From a virus: a stretch of DNA of 64,000 bases. Position 1 is the first letter of the stretch; every line of letters starts with the position of its first letter. Below are positions 33,560 through 44,861 of this stretch, in pieces. The notes below the pieces were generated by a model. The model did not search any database. It was not told the DNA's origin and was given only the letters and a program-made list of their open reading frames with translations. A program made the translations under genes and the position numbers. The stretch spans positions 32,001 through 96,000 of the IMG/VR virus record IMGVR_UViG_3300050821_001428. The stretch is one strand, 5' to 3'.

Positions 33560-36500
33560 TCACTCTATGTGGTCGCAGCTTGACGGTTGGTCTACCCCTG
33601 AGGAAATGGCACAAAGAGCCGTCCAGATTGGAGCGTGCGGCTGCGGCATCAGCGACCACGGCAATGTCGCCGGGCACCTAGAGTTCGCAAAGGCTACTCA
33701 TAAATATGATATCAAGCCTGTTTTTGGCGTCGAGCTATATCACGGTCTTAAACCAGTGCATGATAAAGAACGCGATCAGGCACACCTGATCGCCTTTGCA
33801 CAGAATGACGAGGGATTACGTAACCTATGGCGTCTGGTCAACCAGACTGGACGCAATGATCACTTCCACCACGTAGGTCGTGTGTTTTGGGATGACCTAG
33901 AGAAGTATAAAGATGGGATTACATTCACATCCGCATGTGCCCTTGGCTTAGTTCCTCGTGAGATTGTTAAGGGTAACTACGATTCGTTGAATCGTTATCT
34001 AGATATCCTCCGCGACAATTTCTTCATTGAAATCAGCACATATCCTGGTGATGCTGTCTTTAAGGACAAGGATAGCGAGCATGGTATATCTATGCGTACA
34101 TATAATGAAGCTCTGGTTGATATTGCTCATGAGCGCGGTATCCCTATCGTTTATGGAGATGATGGGCACTACTCATCTCCAGACCAATTTGTATTCCATG
34201 ACGCTTACTTAGCGCGACAGACTAATCAATCTGTTTATACACCTATTGAAGATCGCACGATGTATCACCCACCAAACGCGGTAGTGATCAAAGATATAGA
34301 TATGATTTATGAAAATCTTTCGTATCTTCCTGTCGCTGTGATCGATGAGGCTGTCAATAATGCTAATGTTATTATTCAACGCGCATCTGCGCAATTGCCC
34401 GAGATTCGCAGACACCTGCCTGTATACCTTCCGTCCACTTCGCCTTGGGTGACAGAAGAACAGAAGCAGCTATCGCCTGAAGAGCTATTTATTAATCTGG
34501 TAACAGACGGGATTCATGCACGATATGGAGACACGCCTTCGGATGCGGTCTGGGAACGAACCTTCTATGAGGTCGAAACACTAATCCGTGACGGTATTCA
34601 CCATTACTTCCTCATGGGTTGGGATGAGATGAAGATAGCTGATGAATTAGGCATCGAACGTGGCCCTGGGCGTGGTTCAAGCGGCGGGTCTATCGTCGCT
34701 TATGCCCTGAGTATCACTGATGTATGTCCCTTGCACTATGGGCTTATTTTTGAACGTTTCTGGAACTCAGGTCGTGTAGATGGCTTCCCCGATATCGACT
34801 CGGACTTCAGTCGTGCAAGACGTGGCGAGATGATTGAAGCATTACGCAAGCGTTGGGGCAATGATAGAGTCGTTGCTATCGGTACGACTGGTTATCTCAA
34901 GCCTAAGGCCGTTATTGATAAGCTATCTGGTGCCTGCGAAATCACTTATAAAGAAGTCGACGAGCTAAAGGGGATCGTAGGTCGCACAACTAAGATCGAA
35001 ATCCTTGGTCATGAGCAGATCGGTTGGAATCCGGATCTAGAACCCGGCAAGAAATATTATGTTAAGGATGACGTAGGCGAGGATATTATCCAATGGATCA
35101 ATGCCGACCCAGAACGTGCTGATAAGCGTGAATATTTTGTATTAATGTGTGAGGCTACCTGCTCTCGCGTATCGCAGTACGGCGTTCACGCATCTGGCCT
35201 AGTGATTAGCGATGTTGATACCGATTCCGAGCTACCTGCCCAAATTCGCGGTGGTAAGGATGGCGTACCCGCGACGATGTTTACAATGTCTGACGTAGAT
35301 AAACGTATGTTTGTTAAGCTAGATATTCTCGGTTTACGAACCCTTGACGTTCTTGCGTATTGGAAGAATGCCATGAAGGATGGGCATGATATCGATATTC
35401 AATGGTCAGGTCTTGATCGTCAAGACCATCCGGACGATATGTGGAAAATGATCCATCAAGGATTTACCGCCGGTATCTTCCAAGTCGAAGATGGATACGG
35501 GCGTCAGCTATGTAAACGAATGCTACCAAATTCTATTATGGATCTTGCGGTGATTGGTGCTTTAAACCGACCTGGACCGATCCAAGCTGGTATTCCAGAC
35601 AACTATATAGCCAGACGTAATGGCGAGCAAGAGGTTAGTTATCCGCACCCAAGATTTGAAGAGCTAATGGCCAAGCATCTTGATAATACTTATGGATTGT
35701 GGTGTTTCCAAGAGCAGATTATTAACTACTTTAATGAACTTGGTTACACCAAGAGTGAGTCGGATGCTATTCGTAAGATTATGGGTAAGAAAAAGCCAGA
35801 GCAGATGGATGCTGTACGAGATGGCGGAGATGAGTGGGAGGGTCGTGGGTATCTGCATATGGCGGTTGAAGCGGGTATCCCTCTAGATATTGCCGAGCGC
35901 ATCTGGGAAGATCTTGAGGGCTTTGCTGATTACTGTTTCAACCTGTCTCACTCTGTCGTATACGGAGTGATTACGTTCCGTACAGTATTTGCTAAATACT
36001 ATGGTGCTCCTGAATTCTATGCTGCGGTGATTCGCTCGCTTGTACCTTCTTCAGAAGATGGTGATTCTAAGAAAAAGACTTCTAGTGGCGATAAACGTAA
36101 GAAGATGCTTCCTGTTATTGTTCAAGAATGTCGTAGGTTAGGTATCGATATTCAGCCGCCCGATATTAGATACTCTAAGGGGTATACATATGCCGAACAA
36201 GGGTCGGTCTACCTCGGATTTAGTGAGATTAACACCGTTCGTGCTAGCGGTAGCTATATCGTGGAGTTGCGAGATAAACACAATCTAGACATCTCAACAT
36301 TCGAAAATTTCCAAGCATCATTTAATGCTTATAATGATAGTTGGAATGCTTCCAAAAAAGCAGCTATCAAAGCGGGAATCGGTGAGGACTATGCCAGTAT
36401 CCGTTCGCCTAAGCAGAGATTAGGTGCTAAGAAAATTGTAAACCTAGGCCGGGTCGGTGCTTGGAATAACATTGTCGGTATGACGCATTCTATGACAGAA

Positions 36501-36914
36501 CAACAGGAGATTGAAGAAGAACTCCTTGAATGTGTGCTTACTGATAACTCACTAGAAATTCTAGAATCTAACTTAGAGCGTATTAGCGAATGTGATGATT
36601 ATGCCGATGTGCTAATGTCATGGGTGGATAAGGCATATGACGTGGAAGACCCGAATAGTTACATTGATTATATGCTCCCTGGGGTGATTACTAATATTGA
36701 TGAGAAAATTGCTCGTAAAAGCGGCGAACCTTTTGGTATACTTACAGTTACATATGAAGAAAATGAAATTGAATTTATCGTGTATGCTACGTTATGGAAG
36801 CGGGTTAAGCCGAATTTCAAGATACGCACACCGGGGATCTTCGAAATTCGTCAGGGTCCCGATACGCAATGGGGTCCATCGTATGTATTCAGAAACGGGA
36901 GCATTTTAAAGTAA
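33522..36914 (+). CDS. dnaE: DNA polymerase III alpha subunit
   Basis: PHP domain (HDHSMWS, SDHG), GRGSSGGS, FPDIDSDF, KLDILGL, YCFNLSH; start uncertain (33480-33537). Confidence 0.93.
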   Translation: MSIKHMNPAPLHDHSMWSQLDGWSTPEEMAQRAVQIGACGCGISDHGNVAGHLEFAKATHKYDIKPVFGVELYHGLKPVHDKERDQAHLIAFAQNDEGLRNLWRLVNQTGRNDHFHHVGRVFWDDLEKYKDGITFTSACALGLVPREIVKGNYDSLNRYLDILRDNFFIEISTYPGDAVFKDKDSEHGISMRTYNEALVDIAHERGIPIVYGDDGHYSSPDQFVFHDAYLARQTNQSVYTPIEDRTMYHPPNAVVIKDIDMIYENLSYLPVAVIDEAVNNANVIIQRASAQLPEIRRHLPVYLPSTSPWVTEEQKQLSPEELFINLVTDGIHARYGDTPSDAVWERTFYEVETLIRDGIHHYFLMGWDEMKIADELGIERGPGRGSSGGSIVAYALSITDVCPLHYGLIFERFWNSGRVDGFPDIDSDFSRARRGEMIEALRKRWGNDRVVAIGTTGYLKPKAVIDKLSGACEITYKEVDELKGIVGRTTKIEILGHEQIGWNPDLEPGKKYYVKDDVGEDIIQWINADPERADKREYFVLMCEATCSRVSQYGVHASGLVISDVDTDSELPAQIRGGKDGVPATMFTMSDVDKRMFVKLDILGLRTLDVLAYWKNAMKDGHDIDIQWSGLDRQDHPDDMWKMIHQGFTAGIFQVEDGYGRQLCKRMLPNSIMDLAVIGALNRPGPIQAGIPDNYIARRNGEQEVSYPHPRFEELMAKHLDNTYGLWCFQEQIINYFNELGYTKSESDAIRKIMGKKKPEQMDAVRDGGDEWEGRGYLHMAVEAGIPLDIAERIWEDLEGFADYCFNLSHSVVYGVITFRTVFAKYYGAPEFYAAVIRSLVPSSEDGDSKKKTSSGDKRKKMLPVIVQECRRLGIDIQPPDIRYSKGYTYAEQGSVYLGFSEINTVRASGSYIVELRDKHNLDISTFENFQASFNAYNDSWNASKKAAIKAGIGEDYASIRSPKQRLGAKKIVNLGRVGAWNNIVGMTHSMTEQQEIEEELLECVLTDNSLEILESNLERISECDDYADVLMSWVDKAYDVEDPNSYIDYMLPGVITNIDEKIARKSGEPFGILTVTYEENEIEFIVYATLWKRVKPNFKIRTPGIFEIRQGPDTQWGPSYVFRNGSILK

Positions 36915-38036
36915 ATGAGTAATCTTAATAAACTTAAAGAAGTATATGCTAGACGCTATGGTAATGAATACGTAAACGTAGATGGCAAGAAATATAGTCT
37001 AGATGTAGTGCCAACAGGATCGCTAATGATGGACTATAAAACCGGTATTGGCGGGTTCCCCTACGGAGGGACCGTTGAGGTATTTGGAGGTAACCGAATC
37101 GGCAAGAGTTCGGCAGTATTATATCCCGTCCTTGGCAATGTGCAAAAGCAGGGGAAGATCCCCGCTCTTATTCAGGTAGAGCCGCGCTTTCGTACAGAGG
37201 AAGATAAGGAATGGGCACGTCGTATTGGTGGGTTTGATCCTGATAATGCCCTGATCCTTGAACCCGATCATGCTGACGAGGCATTCGACATGCTCAGAGA
37301 CTTAGTGTTTGATGACGTGGTACAGTATATCGCCATCGACTCACTTGGCGCATTAGGTAATAGAACGAGTGCCGTCAAGGACGGTAAGCCTAAAGCTTAT
37401 GGTATTTCTGGTGCTGTTACTTCGGTTATGAATGATATCTTACCGCGCTTACATAAGAACAAGATAGGATTGCTGGTATTAAATCAGCAACGCCAAACCG
37501 GGCAATATAATGGCACTACTATGTACGACTCTCCTGGTGGGGAGGGTTTACATCACAATATGATGATGCGTATTCAATTAAAGCCCAACGGTAAACAGCG
37601 TTTTAACGCGACCGTTGATGGCGACACGGTATTGGTAGGACGAGATGTCAAAGCAGTATTCGTAAAGAATAATCTATCTGAGTCACAAGAGAAGACAGCT
37701 ACTTTTAATTTCTTCTTTATCGAGACAGATAAATACGGCATTGGTATTGATAAGGCTGGTGATGTTGTTAATACGGGCGTGCTGACGGGTGTTATCAAAA
37801 GGTCTGGTGCCTGGTATACACATCCAACATTCCCTAAGATCAAGAGCGGCGAGAGTAAAATCAATGGCGTAGATGCAACGGGAACATTTTTGGTTGAAAA
37901 TCCCGATGCTTATCAACAGGTTCGCGCCGAGGTGTTAGAGTCGATGGTTCGTAAGGAACTTAATGCGAAGGCGAAGCTACGCGATATTAAGCACGCCAAT
38001 GTATCGGTAGAAGCGGATACGGACGAGGATGAATGA
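36915..38036 (+). CDS. recA: RecA-like recombinase
   Basis: VPTGS..D...GIGGFPYG, GKSS, IAIDSL, LNQ, PGGEGL. Confidence 0.88.
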   Translation: MSNLNKLKEVYARRYGNEYVNVDGKKYSLDVVPTGSLMMDYKTGIGGFPYGGTVEVFGGNRIGKSSAVLYPVLGNVQKQGKIPALIQVEPRFRTEEDKEWARRIGGFDPDNALILEPDHADEAFDMLRDLVFDDVVQYIAIDSLGALGNRTSAVKDGKPKAYGISGAVTSVMNDILPRLHKNKIGLLVLNQQRQTGQYNGTTMYDSPGGEGLHHNMMMRIQLKPNGKQRFNATVDGDTVLVGRDVKAVFVKNNLSESQEKTATFNFFFIETDKYGIGIDKAGDVVNTGVLTGVIKRSGAWYTHPTFPKIKSGESKINGVDATGTFLVENPDAYQQVRAEVLESMVRKELNAKAKLRDIKHANVSVEADTDEDE

Positions 38037-38048
38037 ATAGACTGAGTA

Positions 38049-38411
38049 ATGGCTCATAGAGGGACTAAAAAAGAGCTATCGGTTCGTCATGAAAATCATG
38101 TAGCACATGTGTTGGGCGGCAAGCGTAGTAAGTCGTCGGGGGCATCTGTAACCGATAAGGGCGATGTTCGCGCTAATGACCTTGTTATAGAGTGTAAAAT
38201 GACAATGGGTCGCCTACCTACTTTTATAAGACAATTTGAAAAGGTTGCATCAGAAGCGTATGAAGAAGGGTTAACGCCCATGATGACACTTCGGTATTAT
38301 GATCCCGTTAGTATCATCTCTGATACTAACGGTTGGATAGATATAGCTGTTATGCTTTTGGGTGACGCCGGTGAACGAGAGGAAATATTTTATGCCGATA
38401 AAATTCGATAA
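38049..38411 (+). CDS. Holliday junction resolvase (PD-(D/E)XK)
   Basis: HE..VA..LGG...SGA....KGDV.....IECK. Confidence 0.75.
   Translation: MAHRGTKKELSVRHENHVAHVLGGKRSKSSGASVTDKGDVRANDLVIECKMTMGRLPTFIRQFEKVASEAYEEGLTPMMTLRYYDPVSIISDTNGWIDIAVMLLGDAGEREEIFYADKIR
38080..38123 (+). repeat. 44-bp exact direct repeat, copy 2 (codons 11-25 of the resolvase)
   Basis: Identical to 15686-15729. Confidence 0.97.
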
Positions 38412-39252
38412 GGATCAAAACAAAGCTATTAATAAGAAGGCTTATAACAGGGCCAACGCCGGGTCCACCGGATACCATAAGACCATCTTAGCTAATCAGT
38501 TAGATGAAGCTTTCAAACGTTTTAATGGTGATTTTGAATTTATTTATGAACCGAAAAAGAGTGATCAAGGTTGGCATCCGAGCGGTGACTGTTTACCTCC
38601 GGTGAGTTACCTATGGGGCAAGGCGTATGCTTCTTTGCATCCTGAGACAGCTACGGTACCGGGAAAGGATCTAAGCCACCTTAATAAGATTTTTATGGTA
38701 GGCCATTATTGGCACCAGATCATTCAGCATATTATCATTACAGAATGTTGGGCAGCACCTTCGGCTATTGAAGGTATTGGTTATCGCACATGGGATGATG
38801 AGGGTGAGTATATTTACACCGTGGGGAGTCACGCTGACCAGAGTCAGGTTGACACGGCACATAACAGCAACTACGAGTCTGTCAAGCCGTTTCATTATGT
38901 ACGAGGCCAAGGCGATGTAGCCCCTCTGATTATGTCTAGCTGGGCGGGACTTGTGGATATTAAGACGATGAATCCGGATGACTTTAAACGAGGGTTATTA
39001 CAGTCACGGTTTGCTAATAAATATTTAGCGCAAATCAATATATATATGGACCTATTTGATCTAGATCAAGCATTAATTCTGGCTGTAGATAAGGGTTCTT
39101 CTGCGTTTGCCGAGTATACTTTTGTCAGAGATCAAAAGCTTATCGATCAGATTTATACTAAGTGGGAAAGAGTTAGTTGGTTACTCGATCATGATCAAGA
39201 GCCATCATCATTAGATGATAATATGTTTGAACTATATATAGGAGATGAATAA
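38392..39252 (+). CDS. Cas4/RecB-like exonuclease
   Basis: HPS, GHYWH, GQGD, VDIKT, QINIYM; start may be upstream at 38362. Confidence 0.75.
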   Translation: MPIKFDKDQNKAINKKAYNRANAGSTGYHKTILANQLDEAFKRFNGDFEFIYEPKKSDQGWHPSGDCLPPVSYLWGKAYASLHPETATVPGKDLSHLNKIFMVGHYWHQIIQHIIITECWAAPSAIEGIGYRTWDDEGEYIYTVGSHADQSQVDTAHNSNYESVKPFHYVRGQGDVAPLIMSSWAGLVDIKTMNPDDFKRGLLQSRFANKYLAQINIYMDLFDLDQALILAVDKGSSAFAEYTFVRDQKLIDQIYTKWERVSWLLDHDQEPSSLDDNMFELYIGDE

Positions 39253-39680
39253 TGTTAGAGACATATCAAGCAGAGACTGATTACCACACAATACTCTGGT
39301 ATCAGGCCGGACCCATGAGCAAAATCGACAAATTTAATATTCCGGCATTCTTAGCAACACAGACGGACCTAAGAGATCGTGGTTATACAACACATCTACC
39401 AGCCGATCTGGACGATCCCGAGATTGTTGCTGAGCTACTAGCATCTGATGGTTCTCCTAGTTCTAGCGTCCTTACATGGGGCGAATGTCTAGCTGCCGAC
39501 GTAATCCTAATCAGTGATATATGTGGGGGTGTAGCGGTGATGACAGGATGGGAAAATTCTAGAGGTGCGTGCTTAGAAACATTCACGGCTAGATTGCACG
39601 GTAAACCTGTGGTATATACAGATACCATGCTTCCTGTTTCTTCCCAAACACTGATTGACGCCTGGGGCCAGTGGGCATAA
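39252..39680 (+). CDS. DUF4406 / nucleoside 2-deoxyribosyltransferase-like protein
   Basis: YQAGPMS..FNIPAF and GWENSRGACLE. Confidence 0.7.
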   Translation: MLETYQAETDYHTILWYQAGPMSKIDKFNIPAFLATQTDLRDRGYTTHLPADLDDPEIVAELLASDGSPSSSVLTWGECLAADVILISDICGGVAVMTGWENSRGACLETFTARLHGKPVVYTDTMLPVSSQTLIDAWGQWA

Positions 39681-39705
39681 TATTGTAACGCTATCTCTGA
39701 CATAA

Positions 39706-40089
39706 TTGGAGATGGGACAAAGACTCTGGATCTGTAAAAGACAAGTAGACAAGATCAAATGTGGCCATGTGAACCCACGGCGCTTACAGCTATGTGAGAA
39801 ATGTGGGAAGCGTAGGCCAGCAACGAAGAAACCAGCACATATGGCTGTGCTGTCCGAGGTTACATACGAGCAATGTGTTGAGCGTTGGGGCGAGAAGTGC
39901 GGAATCTGCGGGGTGACTCGTAAACCGGGCGCTAGACGTTTAAATCGTGACCACTCACATATTGATGGAACCCTAAGAGGACTTCTATGTACCCGTTGTA
40001 ACCGCGCCCTACATTCGTATATGGATTTAGAATGGATAGAGAATGCCGCAGCTTACCTGAGACGGGCTACGAAAGATATCGATATTTAA
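39706..40089 (+). CDS. Endonuclease VII-family protein
   Basis: CGICG...LNRDHSH..G.LRGLLCTRCN. Confidence 0.85.
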   Translation: MEMGQRLWICKRQVDKIKCGHVNPRRLQLCEKCGKRRPATKKPAHMAVLSEVTYEQCVERWGEKCGICGVTRKPGARRLNRDHSHIDGTLRGLLCTRCNRALHSYMDLEWIENAAAYLRRATKDIDI

Positions 40090-40151
40090 TAGATTAACTT
40101 ATTTATTGATCATATGATATACTAACATATACAGGTTAAGTATATATAAAA

Positions 40152-40571
40152 ATGACAACAAATAAAAAAATCCCTCGTACTATTTACAAGGAAGAACTAC
40201 CACCACATCGATTCCTACGCGAAATTCTTCGACATTATCTTGAGTTTCGTGACTACGTAGCTCAGGGGAATGATCACGTAATTGAACATAGTTATTTGGT
40301 GAAAGATCCAACAGGGCGCTTAAAGAAGGTTACTATGTCCTTCTCATTCTGGGATCTCCATAGAGGGATTAACGAATTACCTCCCCGTAAGAAGGAAGCC
40401 TTATTCTACAATATTATTCTGGATAAGAAACAGAAGGATGTCGCAGAGATTATGGGTATCAGTACCGTATCGGCTGGCCAGTATTGCGATTTGGGACTCA
40501 AGTCGATTGTAGACCAATTCTACGAAGGTGGCAAGTCTATTATGTCTGAGGTGTATCTAGATGAAAAGTAA
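40152..40571 (+). CDS. Sigma-70 region 4-like HTH protein
   Basis: LPPRKKEAL...QKDVAEIMGIS..S. Confidence 0.75.
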   Translation: MTTNKKIPRTIYKEELPPHRFLREILRHYLEFRDYVAQGNDHVIEHSYLVKDPTGRLKKVTMSFSFWDLHRGINELPPRKKEALFYNIILDKKQKDVAEIMGISTVSAGQYCDLGLKSIVDQFYEGGKSIMSEVYLDEK

Positions 40572-41286
40572 TCTACTTGACGACTTTACAGAAGAGCCGG
40601 AAATTACAGAAGAATCCGAAGAGTTACTAACTCTCTCCGATGACGAAGAAGAGATACACGATACAGACGTTGATGAAGACCGTTGGGTACCCAGGTGGAA
40701 ACGTTCTAATTGCCCTAAGAGTACCACCGGTCATAGTGCGATTAAGGATCACATCGCTGCTAAGTTCGGTCGTACCGAATATGTGTGTGAACATTGTGCT
40801 AAACGTAATTGGACGCCATCTGAGCTTGAGTTTATTGCCGATAGTATATTACGAGAGGATTCTAACTCAGAACTCTGCCGTGAATGTTGGAAAGATACTC
40901 CCGAGTCTCTGCCATATGGCAGAGAGACAGGACACACGGAATGGCAATTACAGAAGGATGAGAATGGTGACGCGCTACTCAATGAAGCCGGGGAAGCTGT
41001 TTACGTAGGATATCCAGAACTTACATGTACCAACGGACACAGGTGGTACAAGGGAGAAGGACCGCGTAGAAATATTAATGGCGTAAATCCTATTCTATTT
41101 GAATCTCATATATATAATCGTAAGCGCCGAGAGATTTATTCCGAAGCAGGGGTTCCTGATCCGGCCTATACTATGGATCGTTGGGGCAAGCATCCGGTTG
41201 CTGGTTTATATATTAGGACTAGGCCAGATGGTCGTAAAACCAACTCGCCCGCCCAGCGAGCATCTGGTTCAGGATTCTACCGTTAA
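40561..41286 (+). CDS. Hypothetical Zn-finger protein
   Basis: Acidic N-terminus, several CxxC/CxxxH motifs. Confidence 0.6.
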   Translation: MKSNLLDDFTEEPEITEESEELLTLSDDEEEIHDTDVDEDRWVPRWKRSNCPKSTTGHSAIKDHIAAKFGRTEYVCEHCAKRNWTPSELEFIADSILREDSNSELCRECWKDTPESLPYGRETGHTEWQLQKDENGDALLNEAGEAVYVGYPELTCTNGHRWYKGEGPRRNINGVNPILFESHIYNRKRREIYSEAGVPDPAYTMDRWGKHPVAGLYIRTRPDGRKTNSPAQRASGSGFYR

Positions 41287-41319
41287 TGGACTAATGATAG
41301 AAACGATAACTTAATTATT

Positions 41320-42162
41320 ATGAAAGAAGAATTTCAAAAGAAAGTTGATGAACTACTAAGTAAAGAAGCTGCAAAGGAAGCAGCCCAGCAGGAGACAAAT
41401 GCTTTACAGGCTGTATCTGGTGACGAACGCGCCCATCGCCAAGCGATTAAGCAATCACGTTCGGTGCAAGGTATGGAGAAGAAATGGCAAGATCAGGATC
41501 GAGCCGTGCTTGCCGCTGCTATTGCAGCTAATGCCCCTCCTGTAAAATCTGAAGGACGTTGTACAATCTGCCAGTCGTCCCACCGTTTGTGGGTAGAACG
41601 CCAACTGATTCGTGGCATAGCGTATACGGCTATTGCTAAATCCATCCCAGGTGTTAACGTAGACACCTTCCGTAGAGCTTTACCAAAGCATTACAAGGAG
41701 CATATGGATCTGGAAGGTGCTCAGGTCCGTGCTATCCTAGAAGAAGAATCTGATCTACTCCAGCAGAATTACGAAGAAGGCGTAAAGGGCGCATTCACCT
41801 ATCGAGCCGCGTTAGATGTCATGATTCGTAAAGGCTATAGTGATGTATTGGATGACATTACAACGGTTGAACCCAAGGACATCATCAAGTTCATGGAATT
41901 AGCTGATAAGATGAATGGTGCATCCGCTACACGTATGGTAGAAGAAGCCCGAGCAGCGGTTAACATCTTCATGGAAGCTATCCGTAATGTATTTACGGAT
42001 AATTTAGATAGAGATATGGCCGATTTTCTCTCTGCCGGTATTGTTAAAGAGGTTAAGAGACTTCGTGAACAGAATGAGCTAGAAGCTCAAATCGAAGATA
42101 ACATGAGGCAGCTACCTAGTGTCAAGTCAGCAAATAATAGTAACACCGCAACTCCTGAATAA
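41320..42162 (+). CDS. Hypothetical Zn/HTH protein (possible small terminase)
   Basis: CTIC...YTAIAK...HYKEH followed by helical region; function is a guess. Confidence 0.5.
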   Translation: MKEEFQKKVDELLSKEAAKEAAQQETNALQAVSGDERAHRQAIKQSRSVQGMEKKWQDQDRAVLAAAIAANAPPVKSEGRCTICQSSHRLWVERQLIRGIAYTAIAKSIPGVNVDTFRRALPKHYKEHMDLEGAQVRAILEEESDLLQQNYEEGVKGAFTYRAALDVMIRKGYSDVLDDITTVEPKDIIKFMELADKMNGASATRMVEEARAAVNIFMEAIRNVFTDNLDRDMADFLSAGIVKEVKRLREQNELEAQIEDNMRQLPSVKSANNSNTATPE

Positions 42163-44044
42163 GATCGAAGAGTCATCAGATGCAGAGCAAGCGCAATGGC
42201 TATTTCTAGTACAGAGTACAGAGTTCAAGGGATATTGGGAAGTCCATGGTCTTAATCAGTCATTCTTCTTAGATCTTGCAGATTTAATTGGTCCTTTTCG
42301 CCTCGTATCACCTGTTACCATAACTGAATTCATGGCAGAAGCCGGGGAATGGGGATATCAAGTCGCCTTTATGGAAGACCCCGCAGATATTCTAGTCGCT
42401 TATGAATATCTAAAAGAAAAACCGGATATTTCATTACGGTCTACCCTTGAAGGTAATGTTCAAGGGTTTCTACCCTGGCAGATCACCGGGTATAACAAGC
42501 TGATTCGCAATGAAGAAATAAGGGCCGGATTCTTTGTGTGGGCAACTGGGTCCGGCAAAACGGCAGCTATGGCATCTGCTATCAAGCACCATCAGATGGG
42601 CGAACATCGATTTAATCTGGCGTTTTGTGTGGTGAAATCTCATAATAAGATCGATACGCAGCGTAAGTTGAAATCGCTTGGTGATATAGATAGTATTATC
42701 GTTGACGGATCAAAGAAACAGCGCCAGAAGATTTATCAGATGGTAGAAGATCAGTCACAAGCGGACTCGTCTATTGTTTTGATTCTTAATTATGAGAAGA
42801 TTAGGGAGGATTATGAAGATATGATCCCCCTGGTTACCGATGCTAACTGTCTATTTTTCTGGGACGAAGCGCCAACAAAGTTGGCCAATCGGGGCACCCA
42901 GTTATATAAGGCAACCAAGAAGTTGTTATATAAGACATTTCCCAGTAAACCTCGGGCTAAATGGATGCGCCACTGGGCGCTTACAGCTACGCCGATAGAG
43001 AATTCACCCGAAGACTTATATAGCGTGGGTAATTTAATGAAGCCGGGTATTCTTGGTACATTGCGCGAATTCTACGACAACTACGGAGAGAACGTTAATT
43101 TCTTCACTGGTAAATACGACACCTGGAAGAATCTTGAGGGACTTGAGGCTAGGATTCAATTCATGACACACCGGGTATCTAAAGATGATCCACAAGTTAA
43201 AGCAAAGTTTCCAAATGTCGTTCCTCACCCGTTAACAATTGATTGGAACCCAAAACATTTCTCTATATATAATAATTTGACAGGAAAGGCTAAAGATTTA
43301 CTTGAGGATGATCTGGAATCGGTGAATATTTTGGCACTTATACAGATCATGCAGATGATGTGTGATGCCCCGTCAATGATCGCTACATCAGCAGATAACC
43401 GGAAGGTATTTTATGATATGGTCAGCCGCATAGATGATGGAGGTTTGTTACCTCCAGCCCGAGGTTCGGATATCGCTCTTATGCTAATAGAGTTATTAGG
43501 AGTAGATAAATTCACAAACGTTGGGCATTCTAAACTAGATACATGGGGAGATATTATCATTAATAAACATCCTACGGAGAAAATAGTTACACACTCTACT
43601 TGGTCGGAATATATATTCCCTATTTGGGAGGAATATCTGTCTCACCACAATGTCAGCTATGTTGTATATAGTGGGAATTCTAAAGATAAGCAAATAGCTT
43701 TAGATGAGTTTCGGACCAACCCCGAGATTCGATGCTTTTTAAGTGGAGATGCCGGTGCAGATAGTATCGATATTTCTGAAGCATCGGTAGGAATTAACTA
43801 TAATATTCCTTGGAAATGGACTACCTTACAACAACGCGAAGGCAGGCGTGATCGTGTAAATTCGCTTCATAAGCAGATTCATACCTACACGTTGACGATG
43901 CCATTCTCAGTGGATGAACGTAAGCTAGATATATGTAATCGGAAATATGCATACCACGAACAATTATTTGATGGTAAAGCCCAAGATGAAGCTATTAGTG
44001 CCAGCCTGACTTACGAAGAGCTTACGTATCTGATGTTCGGTTAA
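42119..44044 (+). CDS. SNF2-like helicase
   Basis: TGSGKT, WDEA, LTATPIEN, QREGRRDR. Confidence 0.85.
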   Translation: MSSQQIIVTPQLLNKIEESSDAEQAQWLFLVQSTEFKGYWEVHGLNQSFFLDLADLIGPFRLVSPVTITEFMAEAGEWGYQVAFMEDPADILVAYEYLKEKPDISLRSTLEGNVQGFLPWQITGYNKLIRNEEIRAGFFVWATGSGKTAAMASAIKHHQMGEHRFNLAFCVVKSHNKIDTQRKLKSLGDIDSIIVDGSKKQRQKIYQMVEDQSQADSSIVLILNYEKIREDYEDMIPLVTDANCLFFWDEAPTKLANRGTQLYKATKKLLYKTFPSKPRAKWMRHWALTATPIENSPEDLYSVGNLMKPGILGTLREFYDNYGENVNFFTGKYDTWKNLEGLEARIQFMTHRVSKDDPQVKAKFPNVVPHPLTIDWNPKHFSIYNNLTGKAKDLLEDDLESVNILALIQIMQMMCDAPSMIATSADNRKVFYDMVSRIDDGGLLPPARGSDIALMLIELLGVDKFTNVGHSKLDTWGDIIINKHPTEKIVTHSTWSEYIFPIWEEYLSHHNVSYVVYSGNSKDKQIALDEFRTNPEIRCFLSGDAGADSIDISEASVGINYNIPWKWTTLQQREGRRDRVNSLHKQIHTYTLTMPFSVDERKLDICNRKYAYHEQLFDGKAQDEAISASLTYEELTYLMFG

Positions 44045-44847
44045 TCACCAAGATATGCCGGTGTAAACGGGGCACCTAAGGAGTCGTATAGCTCCCCAAA
44101 TACAATAGGATGAGTAACGTGGTATACATTGCCATCGATATCAACAGCCGTTAGTGTCACCTGTACTTCGGTCGGCGCGGCCAAGCTACCGTCAGAGTAG
44201 TTTAAAGTTCCCGTATACCAATATTGCGTTTCAACTAGTGGTCCCTCTGCTTCAATACCATTCCCTAGATCCCAGTGAAAACTTACTATATTAGCGCCCT
44301 TACTGCTAGGTTTACCTTCCGTTAATGTATCCATAGCATCAAAGGTTACATTAGTAGCTGTAAAAGCCGAAAGTGGTAATTCAAGAGTAATCCATCGAGG
44401 ATCATATATATCTGTACCGCTCGTAAATGTCTGATTAGTGCCGCCACTATATCCATCGATCACAAAGCAACATTCAAATGTATTGCCGGATATAGCTGCT
44501 GCCCCACCGCTTGTAATAGTGTAACCGATTAAGGCCCAGTGTGTCGGTCCTGTGCCAATGTATAGAGTCCCGACAGGGATAGGATATTGCCATTTTGGTA
44601 CCTCAAATGACGTACCGGCCAAATTAGAGCCACCTCCACCGACAAAGGATGATGCATCTGCTACTGTGATTGTGAATGGCGTAGACTTACTAGAAGGAGT
44701 AGTAAACCCGGTTATTGTAGATAATCCGTAAGGTACGGTAAATTCCCCAATCGTGGTTTCTAAGGGAGTGAGTATGCTAGCGGATCGCCAAGAGAAATCT
44801 ACTGGCGAGTTAATCAGTGGTGCAGGAATATGGTTGATAATAGGCAT
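44041..44847 (-). CDS. Virion protein with PKD-like domain
   Basis: IVSFHWDLGNG...VTLTAVD. Confidence 0.6.
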   Translation of the reverse strand: MPIINHIPAPLINSPVDFSWRSASILTPLETTIGEFTVPYGLSTITGFTTPSSKSTPFTITVADASSFVGGGGSNLAGTSFEVPKWQYPIPVGTLYIGTGPTHWALIGYTITSGGAAAISGNTFECCFVIDGYSGGTNQTFTSGTDIYDPRWITLELPLSAFTATNVTFDAMDTLTEGKPSSKGANIVSFHWDLGNGIEAEGPLVETQYWYTGTLNYSDGSLAAPTEVQVTLTAVDIDGNVYHVTHPIVFGELYDSLGAPFTPAYLGD

Positions 44848-44861
44848 TGTGAATTTATGAA

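Noticed and set aside
38362-39252. Cas4-like gene as a CRISPR system
   Set aside because: No repeat-spacer array or other cas genes seen; solo Cas4-like nucleases are common in phage replication modules.
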